Assembly: GCA_038087875.1 (NCBI GenBank)
Contig: CM075993.1
Location: forward strand, 2,730,001-2,794,000
DNA: 64,000 nucleotides
Direction: 5' to 3'
Origin: Malacoraja senta
Taxonomy: Eukaryota
The notes beneath the pieces were generated by a model. The model saw only the letters and a program-made list of their open reading frames with translations. It did no database searches and was not told where the DNA came from. Positions 14,279 to 30,146 of this stretch are shown here, piece by piece; position 1 is the first letter of the stretch; each line of letters opens with the position of its first letter. Position numbers and translations under genes: made by a program.

Positions 14279-15084
14279 ACATGCATAACTTTGTTCCCCA
14301 TTTGCCCACATTTGGCCTCGAGAGTCAAGACCATCATTTGGCCCATATTCCTTACCATCTACCTGTCCAAATGTCTTTTAAATGTTATTATAGTATTTGC
14401 CTCAACTACATCCTCTGGCAGCTCGTTCCATATACCCACCACCCCCTGAGTGAAAAAGGTTGCCCCTCAAGTCTGTGTTAAATCTTGTCCGCATCTCCTT
14501 ACACCTATGTCTTCTGGTTCTCAATTCCCCTACTCTGGGTAAAAGAATCTGTGCATTTACCCGATCTATTCCCCTGGTGATTTTATACACCTCTGTAAGA
14601 TCACACCTCAGCCGCCTGCACTCCAAGGATTAAAACCTTAGCCTGCTCAACCTCTCCCTACAGGTCAGCCTCTCACTACAGGAAGTTAACAGGAATGTTT
14701 GAAATAACAAAAAAAACTCTGAAATTAAAAAAACCCAGAGGCTGGAAAGACTCAGCAAGTCGGGCAGCATCTGACGAAGGTTCTTTGACCGACAATGTTA
14801 CCTTTGTTGATCTCTCCCACAGATGCTGCCTGACCTGCTGAGTATTACCACTGGATATATTCTCACACCGAGTCGCCTTAGATGTTTTTGTGTTTATATT
14901 TAAGAAATGCCGTGAAGAGCTTTAGAAAGGGAATATCAACGTTTTGGGTCTCGGCAGCTGAAGATAAAGTTGTCACCAATCAAGGCCTGAGTTCTTAACT
15001 GTGGAAGGTCATAGCAGAGAGATAGAGATAGATAGAGAGAGATAGATAGATAGATAGATAGAGAGATAGATATCTCCGTCAGTT

Positions 15085-15860
15085 TCGCACCTCCAACGTG
15101 ACCCCACCACTCGCCACATCTTCCCATCTCCCCCCATGTCTGCCTTCCGCAAAGACCGCTCCCTCCGTAACTCCCTTGTCAATTCTTCCCTTCCCTCCCG
15201 TACCACCCCCTCCCCTGGTACTTTCCCTTGCAACCGCAAGAGATGCAACACTTGTCCCTTCACCTCCCCCCTCGACTCCATTCAAGGACCCAAGCAGTCG
15301 TTCCAGGTGCGACAGAGGTTCACCTGCATCTCCTCCAACCTCATCTATTGCATCCGCTGCTCTAGATGTCAGCTGATCTACATCGGTGAGACCAAGCGGA
15401 GGCTTGGCGATCGTTTCGCCGAACACCTCCGCTCGGTCCGCAATAACCAACTTGACCTCCCGGTGGCTCAGCACTTCAACTCCCCCTCCCATTCCGTATC
15501 TGACCTCTCTGTCCTGGGTCTCCTCCATGGCCACAGCGAGCAACACCGGAAATTGGAGGAAATGCACCTCATAGGTGATAGGAAATGCACCTCACCACCA
15601 CTTGGGCAGTCTACATCCTGGGGGCATGAACATTGAATTCTCCCAATTCTGCTGGCCCTTGCTGTCCCCTCCCCTTCATCAGCCATCCGGTTGTCTCCTC
15701 CCCTCCCCCAGCCCTCGGGCTTCCTCCTCCGCCTTTTTTCCTTTTTCCTTTCTTCTCCCCACCCCCTATCAGTCTGAAGAAGGGTTTCGTCCCGAAACGT
15801 TGCCTATTTCCTTCGCTCCATAGATGCTGCTGCACCCGCTGAGTTCTCCAGCATTTTTGT
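15085..15860 (+). mobile_element. Penelope-like element 3' fragment (GIY-YIG endonuclease and pLTR with hammerhead motif)
   Basis: ORF 15136-15636 SSNLIYCIRCSRCQLIYIGETKRRLGDRFAEHL..VAQHFN is a PLE-type GIY-YIG. CTGAAGA-stem-GAAACGT at 15774. Confidence 0.88.
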
Positions 15861-15910
<50 letters not shown>

Positions 15911-15931
15911 GAGATAGATAGATAGAGAGAT

Positions 15932-15962
<31 letters not shown>

Positions 15963-15963
15963 T

Positions 15964-16008
<45 letters not shown>

Positions 16009-16042
16009 GATAGAGATAGAGAGAGATAGAGAGAGATAGTAG

Positions 16043-16136
<94 letters not shown>

Positions 16137-16367
16137 GAAGAAGAGAGATAGGCGAGAGAAGAGGGGGGGAGAGGAACAGAGAGAGAGAAGAGGAAAAGGG
16201 AGAGGGAGAGGGCAGGAGAAGGAGGGGAGAGGGAGATGGAAGGGGGAGAGAGAGATATAGAGAGGTAGAGAGAGAGTGAGAGAGAGAGAGGGTGGGAGAA
16301 GAGAGATGGGTGTGAAAGGAGAGGGGGGGAGAGGGAGGGCGGAGAGGGAGTGAGAGACAGAGAGAGA
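15861..16367. repeat. (GATA)n/(GA)n compound microsatellite
   Basis: Direct reading. Confidence 0.95.
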
Positions 16368-18357
16368 ACATTCTCTTGGAAACAAAAGCAGAAAGTGACC
16401 ATAAATGAGACCACAGGATTTCTGGTGCAGATGTACAACCTGCTGCGTTGAAACAGTCAGTGAAGCTACACACAGAAACACACACAGAGGCAGACTGACT
16501 CTTTGGTGATTGTTCAAAGACAATCAAAATTAGAGAAACAGGGCTGATTATCAAAAGATCCTTTGAGGTGAGATTAAATGATCAAATCTATTAAATCGAA
16601 CACAAAACAATGTGCAGTTAAAAGCAGACGTTATTTCTTGCGCCAAATCCAGTGCGTAATCTTTGTTGAGATTAAGCAGGAGATTTTCTATGAGATTAAG
16701 CCAAACTAATCCGTCCAGGTTGTCCACAATGAAGTACATTTTGATGGTCGAACTGAGAGTTTTCTCGGGCAGGGAGATGCTGGCACCACCTTGTGGCAAA
16801 ACTCTAAACTGCGCAGAGAACCCACTCGAGATATTGTGGGCTGTGTTATCATGGGGAAAATCACCAGTTCCACCCAATTCTCCCATTCTCCCATCCACGT
16901 AGTCACCCTGCTGCTTTCCCCTCCTATATACACTCATCTCCCAACCCCAAATCCCTTTTATATCCCTTATTTCCCTTTTATCCCCCCTCTCTCCCCTCCC
17001 ATCCACACACGTATGCCTTCCGTCAGTTCAGAGATACAGCACGGAAACAGGCCCTTCGGCCCAAAGAGTCGACGCTGACCATCGATCGCCCCCGTACTCT
17101 CGCTCTGTGACATCCCAGTTTCCCATCCTGCTAGGGACAATTTAGCCATTTAACCTGCAAACCTGCACGTTTTTTGGAGCACGGGAGAAAAGCCACAGGG
17201 AGAACGTGGAAACTCTGCACAGGACAGCACCCGTGGTCAGGATCGAACCCGGTTCTCTGGCGCTGTGAGGCAGCAACTGTACCGCTGCGCCGGTGTTCTG
17301 CCGGCTGTTCCGTTGTGGGTCGAGGGGCCTGTTCTGGGCTGTACTGCTCTAAGTTCTAAGAGAGAGAAAGATTTGAAGAAAGACAGCAAGAGAGAGAGAT
17401 ACAGATGTCCGTGTTCAATGGATACAAGTTGGCTCACAAGGCAAAGCCATAAAGTGCTGGCGTAACTCAGCGGGCCAGGCTGCATCTCTGGAGAACGTGG
17501 ATAGAGGGGTGACATTTTGGGATGGGACCCTTCTTCAAACTGTTTGTATGGGGTGGGGGTGCGTGGAAGAGAGGAGGGGCAGTACAAAGCTTTGCAGGTA
17601 ATAGAGTGAAGAGTTGGAAAAACATGGAACTGCAGATGCACCGTATCTGAGGAAGGATGTGCCGGCTCTGGAGAGGGTCCAGAGGAGGTTTACAAGATTG
17701 ATCCCAGGAATGAATGGATTAACGTATGATGAGCATTTGACGGCACTCGCTGGAGTTTAGAAGAATGATGAGGGGGACCTCATTGAAATGCACAGAATAG
17801 TGAAAGGCCTGGATAGAGTGGATGTGGAGAGAACTAAAGAAATTCTTTCTCTTCTCCTTCCATAGGAACGTCCTTTAATTCTGAGGCCTCTGGTTCTAGA
17901 CTCTCCCACTAGTGGAAACATCCTCTCCACATCCACTCTATCCAAGCCTTTCACTATTCGGTAAGTTTCAATGAGATCACCCCTCATTCTTCTCAACTCC
18001 AGCGAGCACAGGCCCAGTGCCATCAAACGCTCATCATAAGTTACTCCCGGGATCATTCTTGGCCTCCACACCCTTCTGTGGCAATGAATTTCCACAGATT
18101 CACCACCCTCTGACTAAAGCAATTCCTCCTCATCTCCTTCCCTAAAGGAACGTCCTTTAATTCTGAGGCTGTGACCTCTAGTTCTAGACTCTCTCCCTTT
18201 ACTCTGCTGTCACTTCTCTCGAATAAACCCGGCAATTCTCCCCAGCCCCAATTCTCGCACTCTTACACACTCACCCCAGACAGACAGACACACACACGGG
18301 TGTGCAAACACAGATATACACAAGTACTCACTCCACACCTAAAAACAGCTGCCTTAA

Positions 18358-18520
18358 AGGGCCTGTCCCACTTGGGTGCCATTTGCGGGTCACGCAGGTG
18401 GCGCGGGAAGATTTTGTGAATCCCAAAATCCTGGGGCAACCGCGCATCACGTACCATGCGCGCGTCGTGCGTCGTGACGCGTAAATGACGCGCAAATAAC
18501 GCCCAAGTGGGACAGGCCCT
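18358..18520. mobile_element. PIF/Harbinger-type MITE
   Basis: TIRs agggcctgtcccacttggg / cccaagtgggacaggccct; interior related to 35508-35697. Confidence 0.82.
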
Positions 18521-18677
18521 CCATTTTGCACAAAGATGCATCAGCAATGCGTGAATACATTTCTAAAATACTGCACAAACGAAATAATATTAAGAATGCT
18601 CTGCATTGCAAAGGGAAGCCTTGGATTGCTGTGAAACTAGAACACCGCGAATATTATTTGACGCCCTTTTCTAATAA

Positions 18678-18835
18678 AGGGCCTGTCCCACTTAGGCGAT
18701 TTTTTGGGGCGACTACAGGCGACTGCAGCAAAATTTTCAACATGTCCAAAAATTTTCGGCAACAGTGGGGACAATTTTGCTGTCGTAGGTTGTCGCTGGC
18801 AGTCGCCAAAAAATCGCCTAAGTTGGACAGGCTCT
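18678..18835. mobile_element. PIF/Harbinger-type MITE
   Basis: TIR agggcctgtcccacttaggcgattttt; TAA on both sides. Confidence 0.85.
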
Positions 18836-19513
18836 TAAGTTTATATGGAAAGGGTGTGGGCTGCTTAAAGCCTTCGAACAGGACTATGACACTGTACTAC
18901 ACTACAGTACGACACAACAGCACTGTAATACTACACTTTAGTAATACAATTCTACTTGACCTGAGGACACAGGTACTTCTACCCGATAATCACTGGGATA
19001 AAGAAAATATTTGAGTCACGCTGCCTCAACTAGCCTCGAGAGTGGAGACCACCAAACCTGGTTTAACCACCTACTGTCTTGAAGGGGGAACATCAGAAGT
19101 TAGAGAGAATTGCAAAGAAAATCCTAAACGATCTCAAGAGAACATTGACAACATCATCAGAGAGCTCTCTCAAAGAGAATCACCCCATTCCCTACACATG
19201 ATTCATTAAAAACACATCCATAAGGTCATGTGGAGCAGAATTAGACCATTCGGCCCATCAGGTCTACTCCGCCATTCAATCATGGCTGATCTATCTCTCC
19301 CTCTCAACCCCATTCTCCTGCCTTCTCCCCGTAACCCCTAACACCCGCACCATTCCAGAATCTATCTATCTCTGCAATATAGATCAGAATTAATAGCGTT
19401 CTTCACAAAGAAAGAGTCCAGTTTCCTTTTTATTTTGGCTTAATCCCAAAGTATAATTGTAAACAATAGAATAATGTTAATTCTAAGTTCTTAGTCTGAT
19501 ATTCACATTGCTG

Positions 19514-20005
<492 letters not shown>

Positions 20006-20113
20006 CAATCCACAGGAAGGTTGGGTTGAGTTAACCCTTGGTTGCCTGCAGCCCTGAATCACTTTGCGTCATTGCTCTCTCAGTGATGGGGTGTCTACCT
20101 GGTTAGGCGAAGG

Positions 20114-20241
20114 TCAGTACGGCCGATTAGCATCTTTTGGTCGTTTCAGTTGCACTTTTAGCCTCTTCATTCCAATCTGAAAGCCGTTCATGGCCTGAAT
20201 AGCAGCCTGAGCACTGGTTGGATTGTCAAAACTCACAAAGC
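20114..20241 (-). CDS. CELF6: CELF last coding exon (RRM3 second half and TGA stop)
   Basis: [42 protein letters not shown]. Acceptor tgtttccag. The exon probably continues 15 nt to a CAG|gtagac donor (exon end 20099). Confidence 0.96.
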
Positions 20242-21789
20242 CTGGAAACAGCAAAAGATACATTTCAGAAACGTTGCAAGCTGCCGACTACCTGCCAGCC
20301 CAGGTCCCCCCTGAGACATGGCCGGGGGGCTGGGCACATCCTCAATCCAAAGCTCTCACCCCCCCCCCCCCCTCTCTCTCCTCTCCTCTAACCCAGATGC
20401 ATGGATAGGACATGTTTAGAGCTGACATCCCCCCCGATGCGGGAGCTGACCGCCTCGACGCGGAGGGCCCGAACGCCGCCGGCTACGGGATTCAAGATCG
20501 TCCCGTCAACGGGGTCTCGAGGCCCACGACCGAGGAAGAACTAAGGGAAGGACTTGAACGGGTGGACATCTGGGAAGATCGGCGGGGAGGCTGGCTGGAC
20601 TATGGTACCTTCCTTAACTTTGGTGCCGCTGTGGGGTTGTGTTGTGCCGTGGACTTCCGTGTTTGTGCTTTTTTGTTTGTTTTTTCAAGACTGTAAGGAA
20701 AATCCATTTCGTTGTCTCTTATGAGATAATGACAATAAATTGAATCCAAATCCAAAATCCAAATCCAAACTTTATTTCGCCTTCCATCACAGTGAGGAAT
20801 GTGGTGGGTGTTTATGTTAAAATGTGTTTTTGGGTGAGTCTGTTGATTTTAATTGTATGACTGACCTGGCCAGTGAAATTCCTCGTATGTTGCAAAACAT
20901 ACTTGGCGAATAAAATGTGATTCTGATTCTGTTTCTGATTCTGATTCTGATATGGGTAGGTGGGACCAGTGTAGATGGGGCATCTCGGTCAGTATGGGTA
21001 AGTCGGGCCGAAGGGCCACTAGTTTGGGAGTCCAGAACCAGAGGGCACAGCCTCAGAATAAAAGGACACACCATTAGAAAGGAGAGGAGGAGGAAATGTC
21101 TTCAGTCAGAGGGTGGTGAATCTGTAGAATTCTTTGCCAGAGAAGGCTGTGGAGGCCAGGTCGGTGGATATATTTAAGACAGAGATAGATAGATAGATTC
21201 TTGATTAGTACGGGTGTCAGGGGTTATGGGGAGAAGGCAGGAGAATGGGGTTAGGAGGGAGAGATAGATCAGCCATGATTGAATGTCGGAGTAGACTTGA
21301 TGGGCCGAATGGCCTAATTCTGCTCCTAGAACTTATGGACATCCAGCTGGATTTACTCTCGAAGTAACTCCGCGTGGCTGGAGAACATGGACAGGAGGAG
21401 GAAGATGCTGGATGAGTGTAAATTATCTGTCTCAAGGAAGCCAAGGTTGCAATGGTGGGCTGGCCTTTTTAGGGCTCCCCTTGTTTGAGGGATAGGGGTG
21501 ACAGCACATTGTCACTTTAATTTTAATGCTGTCTGTTGGGAAAGTTGAGGAAGGGTTAATGAATCCTGCAGTATAAATCATAGTCATAGAGTTGAAACAG
21601 GCCCTTCGGCCCAACTTGCCCACACCGGCCCACATGTCCCCGATACACTAGTCCCACCTGCCTGCGCTTGGTCCATATCCCTCCAAACCTGTCCTATCCA
21701 TGTACTCGTCCAACTGTTTCTTAAACGTTGGGATAGTCCCAACCTCAACTACCTCCTCTGGCAGCTTGTTCCATACACCCACCCCCTTA

Positions 21790-22120
21790 TAGCCCTGTCC
21801 CACTGTACGAGTTCATTCCAAGAGCTCTCCCGAGTTTAAAAAAAAATCAAACTCGTGGTAAGCACGGAGAATGAACGTGGCGGGTACGTCGGAGCTCGGG
21901 GACGTCTCTTAGCGGCTCGTTACGCTAACGGCAGGTACTCGGGAAGACTCGCTAACGGCAGGTAAGCACGGGAAGACTCGTGAAGATTTTTCAACACGAT
22001 GAAAAATGTCCACGAGAGCCCTGAGTACCGACGAGCGGCCATTACCGTAAATCTCCCAGTTCGAATCAGGGCAAACTCGGGAGAGCTCTTGGAATGAACT
22101 CGTACAGTGGGACAGGGCTT
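21790..22120. mobile_element. PIF/Harbinger-type MITE nested in a CR1 fragment
   Basis: Long TIRs agccctgtcccactgtacgagttcattccaagagctctcccgagttt; TTA on both sides. Confidence 0.88.
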
Positions 22121-24633
22121 TTAGTGTGAAAAAGTTACCCCTCAGATTCCTATTAAGTCGTTTCCCCTTCACCGCGAACCTCCGGTAAATGTTGGGCAAG
22201 AAATTCCTTCTTCTGTCTGGGACATTTGACACTCAAACATTCTTGAAACTTGATTCTAATCAGAGATGGGGAGTGTTTGGTGCTTGAAAAGCATTTGGAC
22301 ATGTACATAGAAACATAGAAAGTAGGTGCAGGAGTAGGCCATTCGGCCCTTCAAAATCAGTACCCCGTTCTTGCTTTCTCCCCATATCCCTTGATTCCAT
22401 TGAAGCCCTCTTGAATTAACCTCCACTGCCTTCTGTGGCTGTGGATAGGATATGATAGGTTTAGGGTATGGGCCAAATGCAGGCAGGTGGGACTAGTGTA
22501 GATGAGGCCCCTTGGTTGGCAAGGGGAAGATGGGACAAAGGATCACTAATCCAGTACCAGAGGCCACAGCCTCAGAATAAAAGGTTTTATCTTTAGAAAG
22601 AAGATGAGGAGGAATTTCTTTAGTCAGAGGGTGGTGAATCTGTGGAATGAATTGCCCCTGATGGCTGTGGAGGCCAAGTCAATGGATAGGTTTAGAAGGA
22701 TATGGGCCAAATGCAGGCAGGTGGGACTAGTGTAGATGGGGCATCCTAGTCACCTTGGGCAAGTTGGGCCTGTTTCCACGCTGTATGACCATGAATCCAT
22801 GACTCTAACTCCTGAAAGACAAGTTCACAACTTGCGTACACCCGCCCTACCTTTGCACTGTATAACTAGGCTCTCATCTCAATGTCAGGTTGCAGGGGAC
22901 AACTGGCTGCTTTGCTCTAATTATTCATTAAATATCTTTCCTTTATGTAAAGAACACCTGATTCTCGACAATTCCCTTGTACGTAATTCGGGGATATTTC
23001 TACTTTCCCCAATTTCTACGACAGACATATTTTATATTCAACCAAGGACTTGAGGAAATGACAGTCAAATTAATTGTATTAGAACAAGATGTTCAGCCCA
23101 CTTCTTCATCGTTCCGCAAGCATTATCAATCAAAACTGGTATAATACCATAAGGGCTCTTAAAAATAGCGGAGTCAGGGGATATGGGGAGAAGGCAGGAA
23201 CGGGGTACTGATTGTGGATGATCAGCCATGATCACATTGAATGGCGGTGCTGACTCGAAGGGCTGAATGGCCTACTCCTGCACCTATTGTCTATATGGGA
23301 GCAGAATTAGGCCATTCGGCCCATCGAGCCTGCTCTGCCATTCAGTCGTGGCATTTTTCCCTCACAACCCCATTCTCCTGCCTCTCTTCGTAACCTTTGA
23401 AGTCCTTATTAATTTAGCTTTAACTTCTAGGGAGTCAATTAAACCACAAAATTATCCTGTGCACAGTTCTGATTTTCAATATCGTTCAATCTTCAATATC
23501 GTAAACAATGCTTAATGCAAATGGGGAGGAGGGGGGGGGGGGGGAGGAGGATTCTCCTTCCATAGATGCTGCCTGGCCCAAAGAGGAATGGTGCAGAAAA
23601 GTATCTCCAAACATCTCTATGAGTGGCAATTGATTCATACGGTCATGTGATGGGAAAAAAATTAGGCCATTCGGCCCATCAAGGCTACTCTGCCATTCAA
23701 TCATGGCTGATCTATCTCTCCCTCCTAACCCCATTCTCCTGCCTTCTCCCCATAACCTCTGACACCCGTACTAATCAAGAATCTGTCTATCTCTGCCTTA
23801 AAAATATCCATCGACTTGGCCTCCACAGCCTTCTGTGGGAATGAATTCCACAGATTCACCACCCTCTGACTAAAGAAATTCCTCCTCATCTCCTTTCTAA
23901 ATGAACGTCCTTTAATTCTGAGGCTGTGACCTCTATTCCTAGACTCTCCCACTAGTGGAAACATCCTCTCCACATCCACTCTATCCAGGCCTTTCACCAT
24001 TCGATTCAGATAAATCCCTAATTTCAAGGACAAAACGGAATACACTGCTCTTTGCCAAACAAGGACAAACTGATAGGTTATGCAGCCAGGGAATTCATTC
24101 GGGGACTGCATGCATATTTCAGTCACAAAATGGCAAGTGACATTTTCCACAACCTGACCCTGTGAATAAAGTGTAGGAAGGAACTGCAGATGCTGGTTTA
24201 AACCGAAGATCGACACCAAAAAGCTGGAGTAACTCAGCGGGACAGGCAGCATCTCTGCATCTGAGCTACTCCAGCTTTTTGTGTCTATCCTGTGAATAAA
24301 ATATTGGCATCATTTTGCAGTCAAAATGATGGAACATTCAGAGCTGATAGATATAAAAACATAGAAACATAGAAAAATAGGTGCAACAGTAGGCCATTCG
24401 GCCCCTCGAGCCAGCACCTTGAGCCAGCCATTCAATATGATCATGGCTGATCATCTAAAATCAGTACCCCGTTCCTGCTTTTTCTCCATATCACTTGATT
24501 CTTTTAGCCCTAAGAGCTAAATCTAAATCTCTCTTCAAAACTATCAGGGTGATATCTAACTGGGTGAATAACAGCTCTGGGTACTTAACTGGAAGAATAT
24601 TCACTCCCCTTGGCTGGGATTTATAGATTAAAC

Positions 24634-24888
24634 CACGCACACACACACACACGCACACACGCACACACACATAAACACACACACGCACACGCACACACAC
24701 ATAAACACACACACACACACACACGCACACGCACACACACACACACACGCACACACGCACACACACATAAACACACACACAAACACACACACGCACACAC
24801 AAACACACACACGCACACACATGCACATACACATAAACACACACACAAATACACATACACAACACACACACAGATGCACACACGAACA

Positions 24889-24922
<34 letters not shown>

Positions 24923-25027
24923 TGGACATACACAGAAACACACACACACAAACATACACATGTAATACACACACAACACACAACACACACACAGATGCAC
25001 ACACAAATAGACACACACACACACACG
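24634..25027. repeat. Degenerate (CA)n microsatellite
   Basis: Direct reading. Confidence 0.95.
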
Positions 25028-26221
25028 CGGACATATTCAGACACTCACAAGGTCAAATGATTGTCCATTCTTGATCTGTCTGGATAGAGTCCGATGTTTT
25101 TCACTGTATATTGGTAAACATGACAAAAAGACAACTCCTGACCATGCATCACCTAACTCCATAAAGTGGAAGCCTCCGCTCTCCAACAGAGGCGGTTTAT
25201 TTACTTTGTGGGAAATAAATCTATCTTCCCTTCCTGCAGAAAGTAAACCTTTGCAAACGCTGCAAATGTGAACTAATTCTTGCCGATTGGGAAGCGGAGT
25301 CCCATTGCCCTCCGTCCGTCTGAAGTAAACGCAGGGAATTATACTGCACGGGGTCAGATCCAATGTGTCCGTGTTGGTGGTCTTGCTCTTGAACAGTTGA
25401 GGAAGGAACCACCGATGCTGGTTTATTCCGAAGACAGACACAAAATGCTGGAGTAACTCAGCGGGTCAGGCAGCATCTCTGGAGAGAAGGAATAGGTGAC
25501 GTTTCGGACTGAAGAAGCGTTTTGACCCAAAACATCACCTATTCCTTCTCTCCAGAGATGCTGCCTGTCCCGCTGAGTTACTCCAGCTTTTTGTGTCCAG
25601 TTTAGTTTAGTTTAGAGATACAGCGCGGAAACAGGCCCTTCGGCCCACCGAGTCTGTGCCTACCAGCGATCCCCACACACTAACACTATCCTACACACAC
25701 TAGGGACAATTTACATTTATACCATGCCAATTAACCTACAAACTTGGACGTCTTTGGAGTGTGGGAGGAAACCTTTGGCCCCATCGTTCCCGAATCAAAT
25801 ATTCACGAGTTGATGGTTGGTAAAATAAACCTCGCCCTAACCCCATAATTGCAAGACACATCACAAGCCAGGCCTTTTCAATAGTTGGAGTGATTTTTTT
25901 TGGGCCTCCTCAGTCGCCCCGTAAATGGCGTGCTGTATATTTTAAGACATTTCATTTCATTCCTAACTAAAGTACCACAACAATATTAAACACTCACACA
26001 CCACTCCCCACAGAGGTTTACGCGTCCAGAGTTGGAAACCATTTCCTTCAATCCTTCTTCCCCATGTGTTTATCCAACCTCTACACCATGTGTCGGCAAC
26101 CTACGGCCCCCGGGTGTGGTTTTTTGTCCCCGAGATTTCCGTCATCTCTGGTACCTCCCGGGCCCGAGGCGCCCAGGTGCGGTGGCGCAAGGACTCAAGG
26201 AGGACTGCGCTGGCAGCCACA

Positions 26222-26537
26222 ATTGCGGAGCCGCCGAGTGCCCAAGCGGGGGCCGAGTGGGGCCGAGCGGGACCGAGCCAGGCCGAGTGGGGCCGAGTGG
26301 GGCCGAGTGGGGCCGAGTGGGGCCGAGCGTGTCCGAGTGGGGCCGAGCGGGACCGAGCGTGTCCGAGCGGGACCGAGTGGGACCGAGTGGGGCCGAGTGG
26401 GGCCGAGTGGGGCCGAGCGGGGCCGAGCGCCGAGCTGTGGCTGTACCGCATCCTGCGCAAAGCCGCCTGCACGGCCTCGCACCTTCTGTGTCTGGGCTTC
26501 ACTGTCGGGATCGGGGTTGTCAATAGGCCAGGGACGA
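26222..26537 (+). pseudogene. Captured first coding exon of a CYB561D1/CYB561D2-like cytochrome b561 gene
   Basis: AELWLYRILRKAACTASHLLCLGFTVGIGVVNRPGT(S) resembles the recalled CYB561D1/D2 N-terminus (..LR...AHLVALGFTIF....RPG[T/S]S). Similarity ends at ACG A|gtgagg. Putative start gccacaATTgcg (ATG>ATT). Confidence 0.72.
26248..26434. repeat. GC-rich 10-bp minisatellite (GGGGCCGAGT-like), about 18 units
   Basis: Direct tandem units with variants, inside the captured exon. Confidence 0.92.
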
Positions 26538-27936
26538 GTGAGGGTGCGTATTTGAGCCACCGCCTTCCGGACAGAGCCAAGGCAATGGTCCGATGGTACG
26601 CCATGTTGGTGAGCGCCCGTAACTCGGGGCCAGCGCTCTGGGTGTTGTCCTCGAAGGGGCTGGATCTATGAGAACACGTGGTGGATGTGGCCCGCCATCC
26701 ACTCACACACATGCCACCCGGCCCCTATACAGGACAAGGTTGCCGACCCCTGCTCTAGATTAATGCATCGTTGCTGTTCACTTGCACCCTATCAGTAGCA
26801 GTGTATTACACACTCCACGGGCAAAGACATTTCTCCTGAGTTAAGGTTCCTGAGTTGATTATCTTTGTCCGATGGTTTGCATTCACACTTTCTCCACAAC
26901 TTCAAGCAGACACTTAGTGGGCTGAAACATTGTCCTCTGATGTCTTTGCTTAGTCTAACGTGCGATCGTTGAATTTAGGACAATTCTGTTCCACTAAATC
27001 AGAAATTAATGGAATTAATTTCGGCTGAGTTTCCACACCTTGCATACCAAAGGATGTATTTTGACCCCTCTTTATTCAATCTCTCACAGAACTTTGTACC
27101 ATATAAAGAGTTCACATCTCACTCCTCAGCAGTGCTTCTTGCCCTGTGGACCTATGTAAGGCTCAGACATTTTTGACCTGACTTAATTTTAGACTGTAGA
27201 AATACAATGCAGAAACAGGCCCTTCGGCCCACCGAGTCCACACTGACCAGCGGCCATCAGTACACTAATCTACACACACTAGGGACAATTTTACAACTTC
27301 CTGACGCCAATTAACCTACAAACCTGCACGTCTTTGGAGTGCGGGAGGAAACCGGAGCGCCCGGAGAAAACCCACGGAGGTCACGGGGAGAACGTACAAA
27401 CTCCGCACAGACAAGCTCCCGTGGTCAGGATCGAACTTGGCGCTGTGAGGCAGCAACTCTACCGCTGCGCCACTTCTCCTTCCTCATTCACCACCACGTC
27501 CCACTCAACCTCTACCCATGACACGCTCTGCAGACGCGCGGGGATCGCATCTGACACTAATTCGAATCAACACAAGCAATAAAGACGCAGCAATTTCCTC
27601 ACTGTGTCAGGCTGATCAACGAGCCACAGCCTGCTCCGCCGGCCATCGCGCGCAAATGGACATGAATTAAAAAATAAATCACAATTAGATTTGGTTTCGA
27701 AGAGCTTGCTGCTTTCACATGAAACTGTCCGCTACGAAATTGTTCTTCATTAGCATTCAATACAAGTCCTTCAAGCTCCTGGTATTAGCGTCCCTTGTGG
27801 AGCAGATATTGCTTCTGCAGAATCCTCCGATCTGCTCACGCCTTATTTACGATCAAACGCAATTAAAAACTCAAACCACCCCCCCCCCCAACACCCTAAT
27901 GTTTTTCCCCCAAAGTGAAGAAGGGATTTCACTCAC

Positions 27937-28080
27937 CAAAGCATTTACTTTGGTTTGTGGCGCGGTCAACAAAGACCTTGGCCGAGATGACGTTGCCAAA
28001 TGGCATAAACATCTGCATGAGCTCGGCGTCTCCAAACTCCTGCGGCAGGTGGTAGATGAACAGGTTACATCCTTCTGGTC
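27937..28080 (-). CDS. CELF6: CELF coding exon (RRM3 first half; 144 nt)
   Basis: [48 protein letters not shown](G). Acceptor tttccctcag, donor gtgagt. Confidence 0.96.
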
Positions 28081-28422
28081 CTGAGGGAAAGAGAAAACAA
28101 GTGTCAGATATTCAAGGCGTTTGACTGCTGAGACGCTCAGCCATAGAGTGCTGGAGTCACGCTCCCTCCGTAAACATAGTACACTGTAAACAATATGATA
28201 AGCCAAGAAAAAAAAAGATCAGTTTAGTTTAGTTTAGAGATACAGAGCAGAAACAGGCCCTTCGGCCCATCGAGTCTGCGCCGACCAGCGATCCCCGCAC
28301 ACTAACACTATCCTAAACCCACTAGGGACAATTACCAAGCCATTTACCAAGTCAATGTATGTATATATACAGGCACATATCCATATATTCATATATAATA
28401 TCTACACTGATCTTTTTATATA

Positions 28423-30146
<1,724 letters not shown>

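Larger units (their letters stand above)
26087..26752. mobile_element. Non-autonomous hAT (Charlie-like) DNA transposon carrying a captured gene fragment
   Basis: TIRs catgtgtcggcaacct / aggttgccgacccctg. 8-bp flanks ctctacac / ctctagat (6/8 match, NTCTAGAN-like). No transposase. Confidence 0.85.

Noticed and set aside
16551..17006. 151-aa minus-strand ORF
   Set aside because: No recognisable domain or convincing splice context; begins in low-complexity sequence.
26066..26671. Intact 201-aa gene
   Set aside because: The frame starts outside the TIR, crosses a minisatellite and runs past the donor; only the 26222-26537 part resembles a gene.
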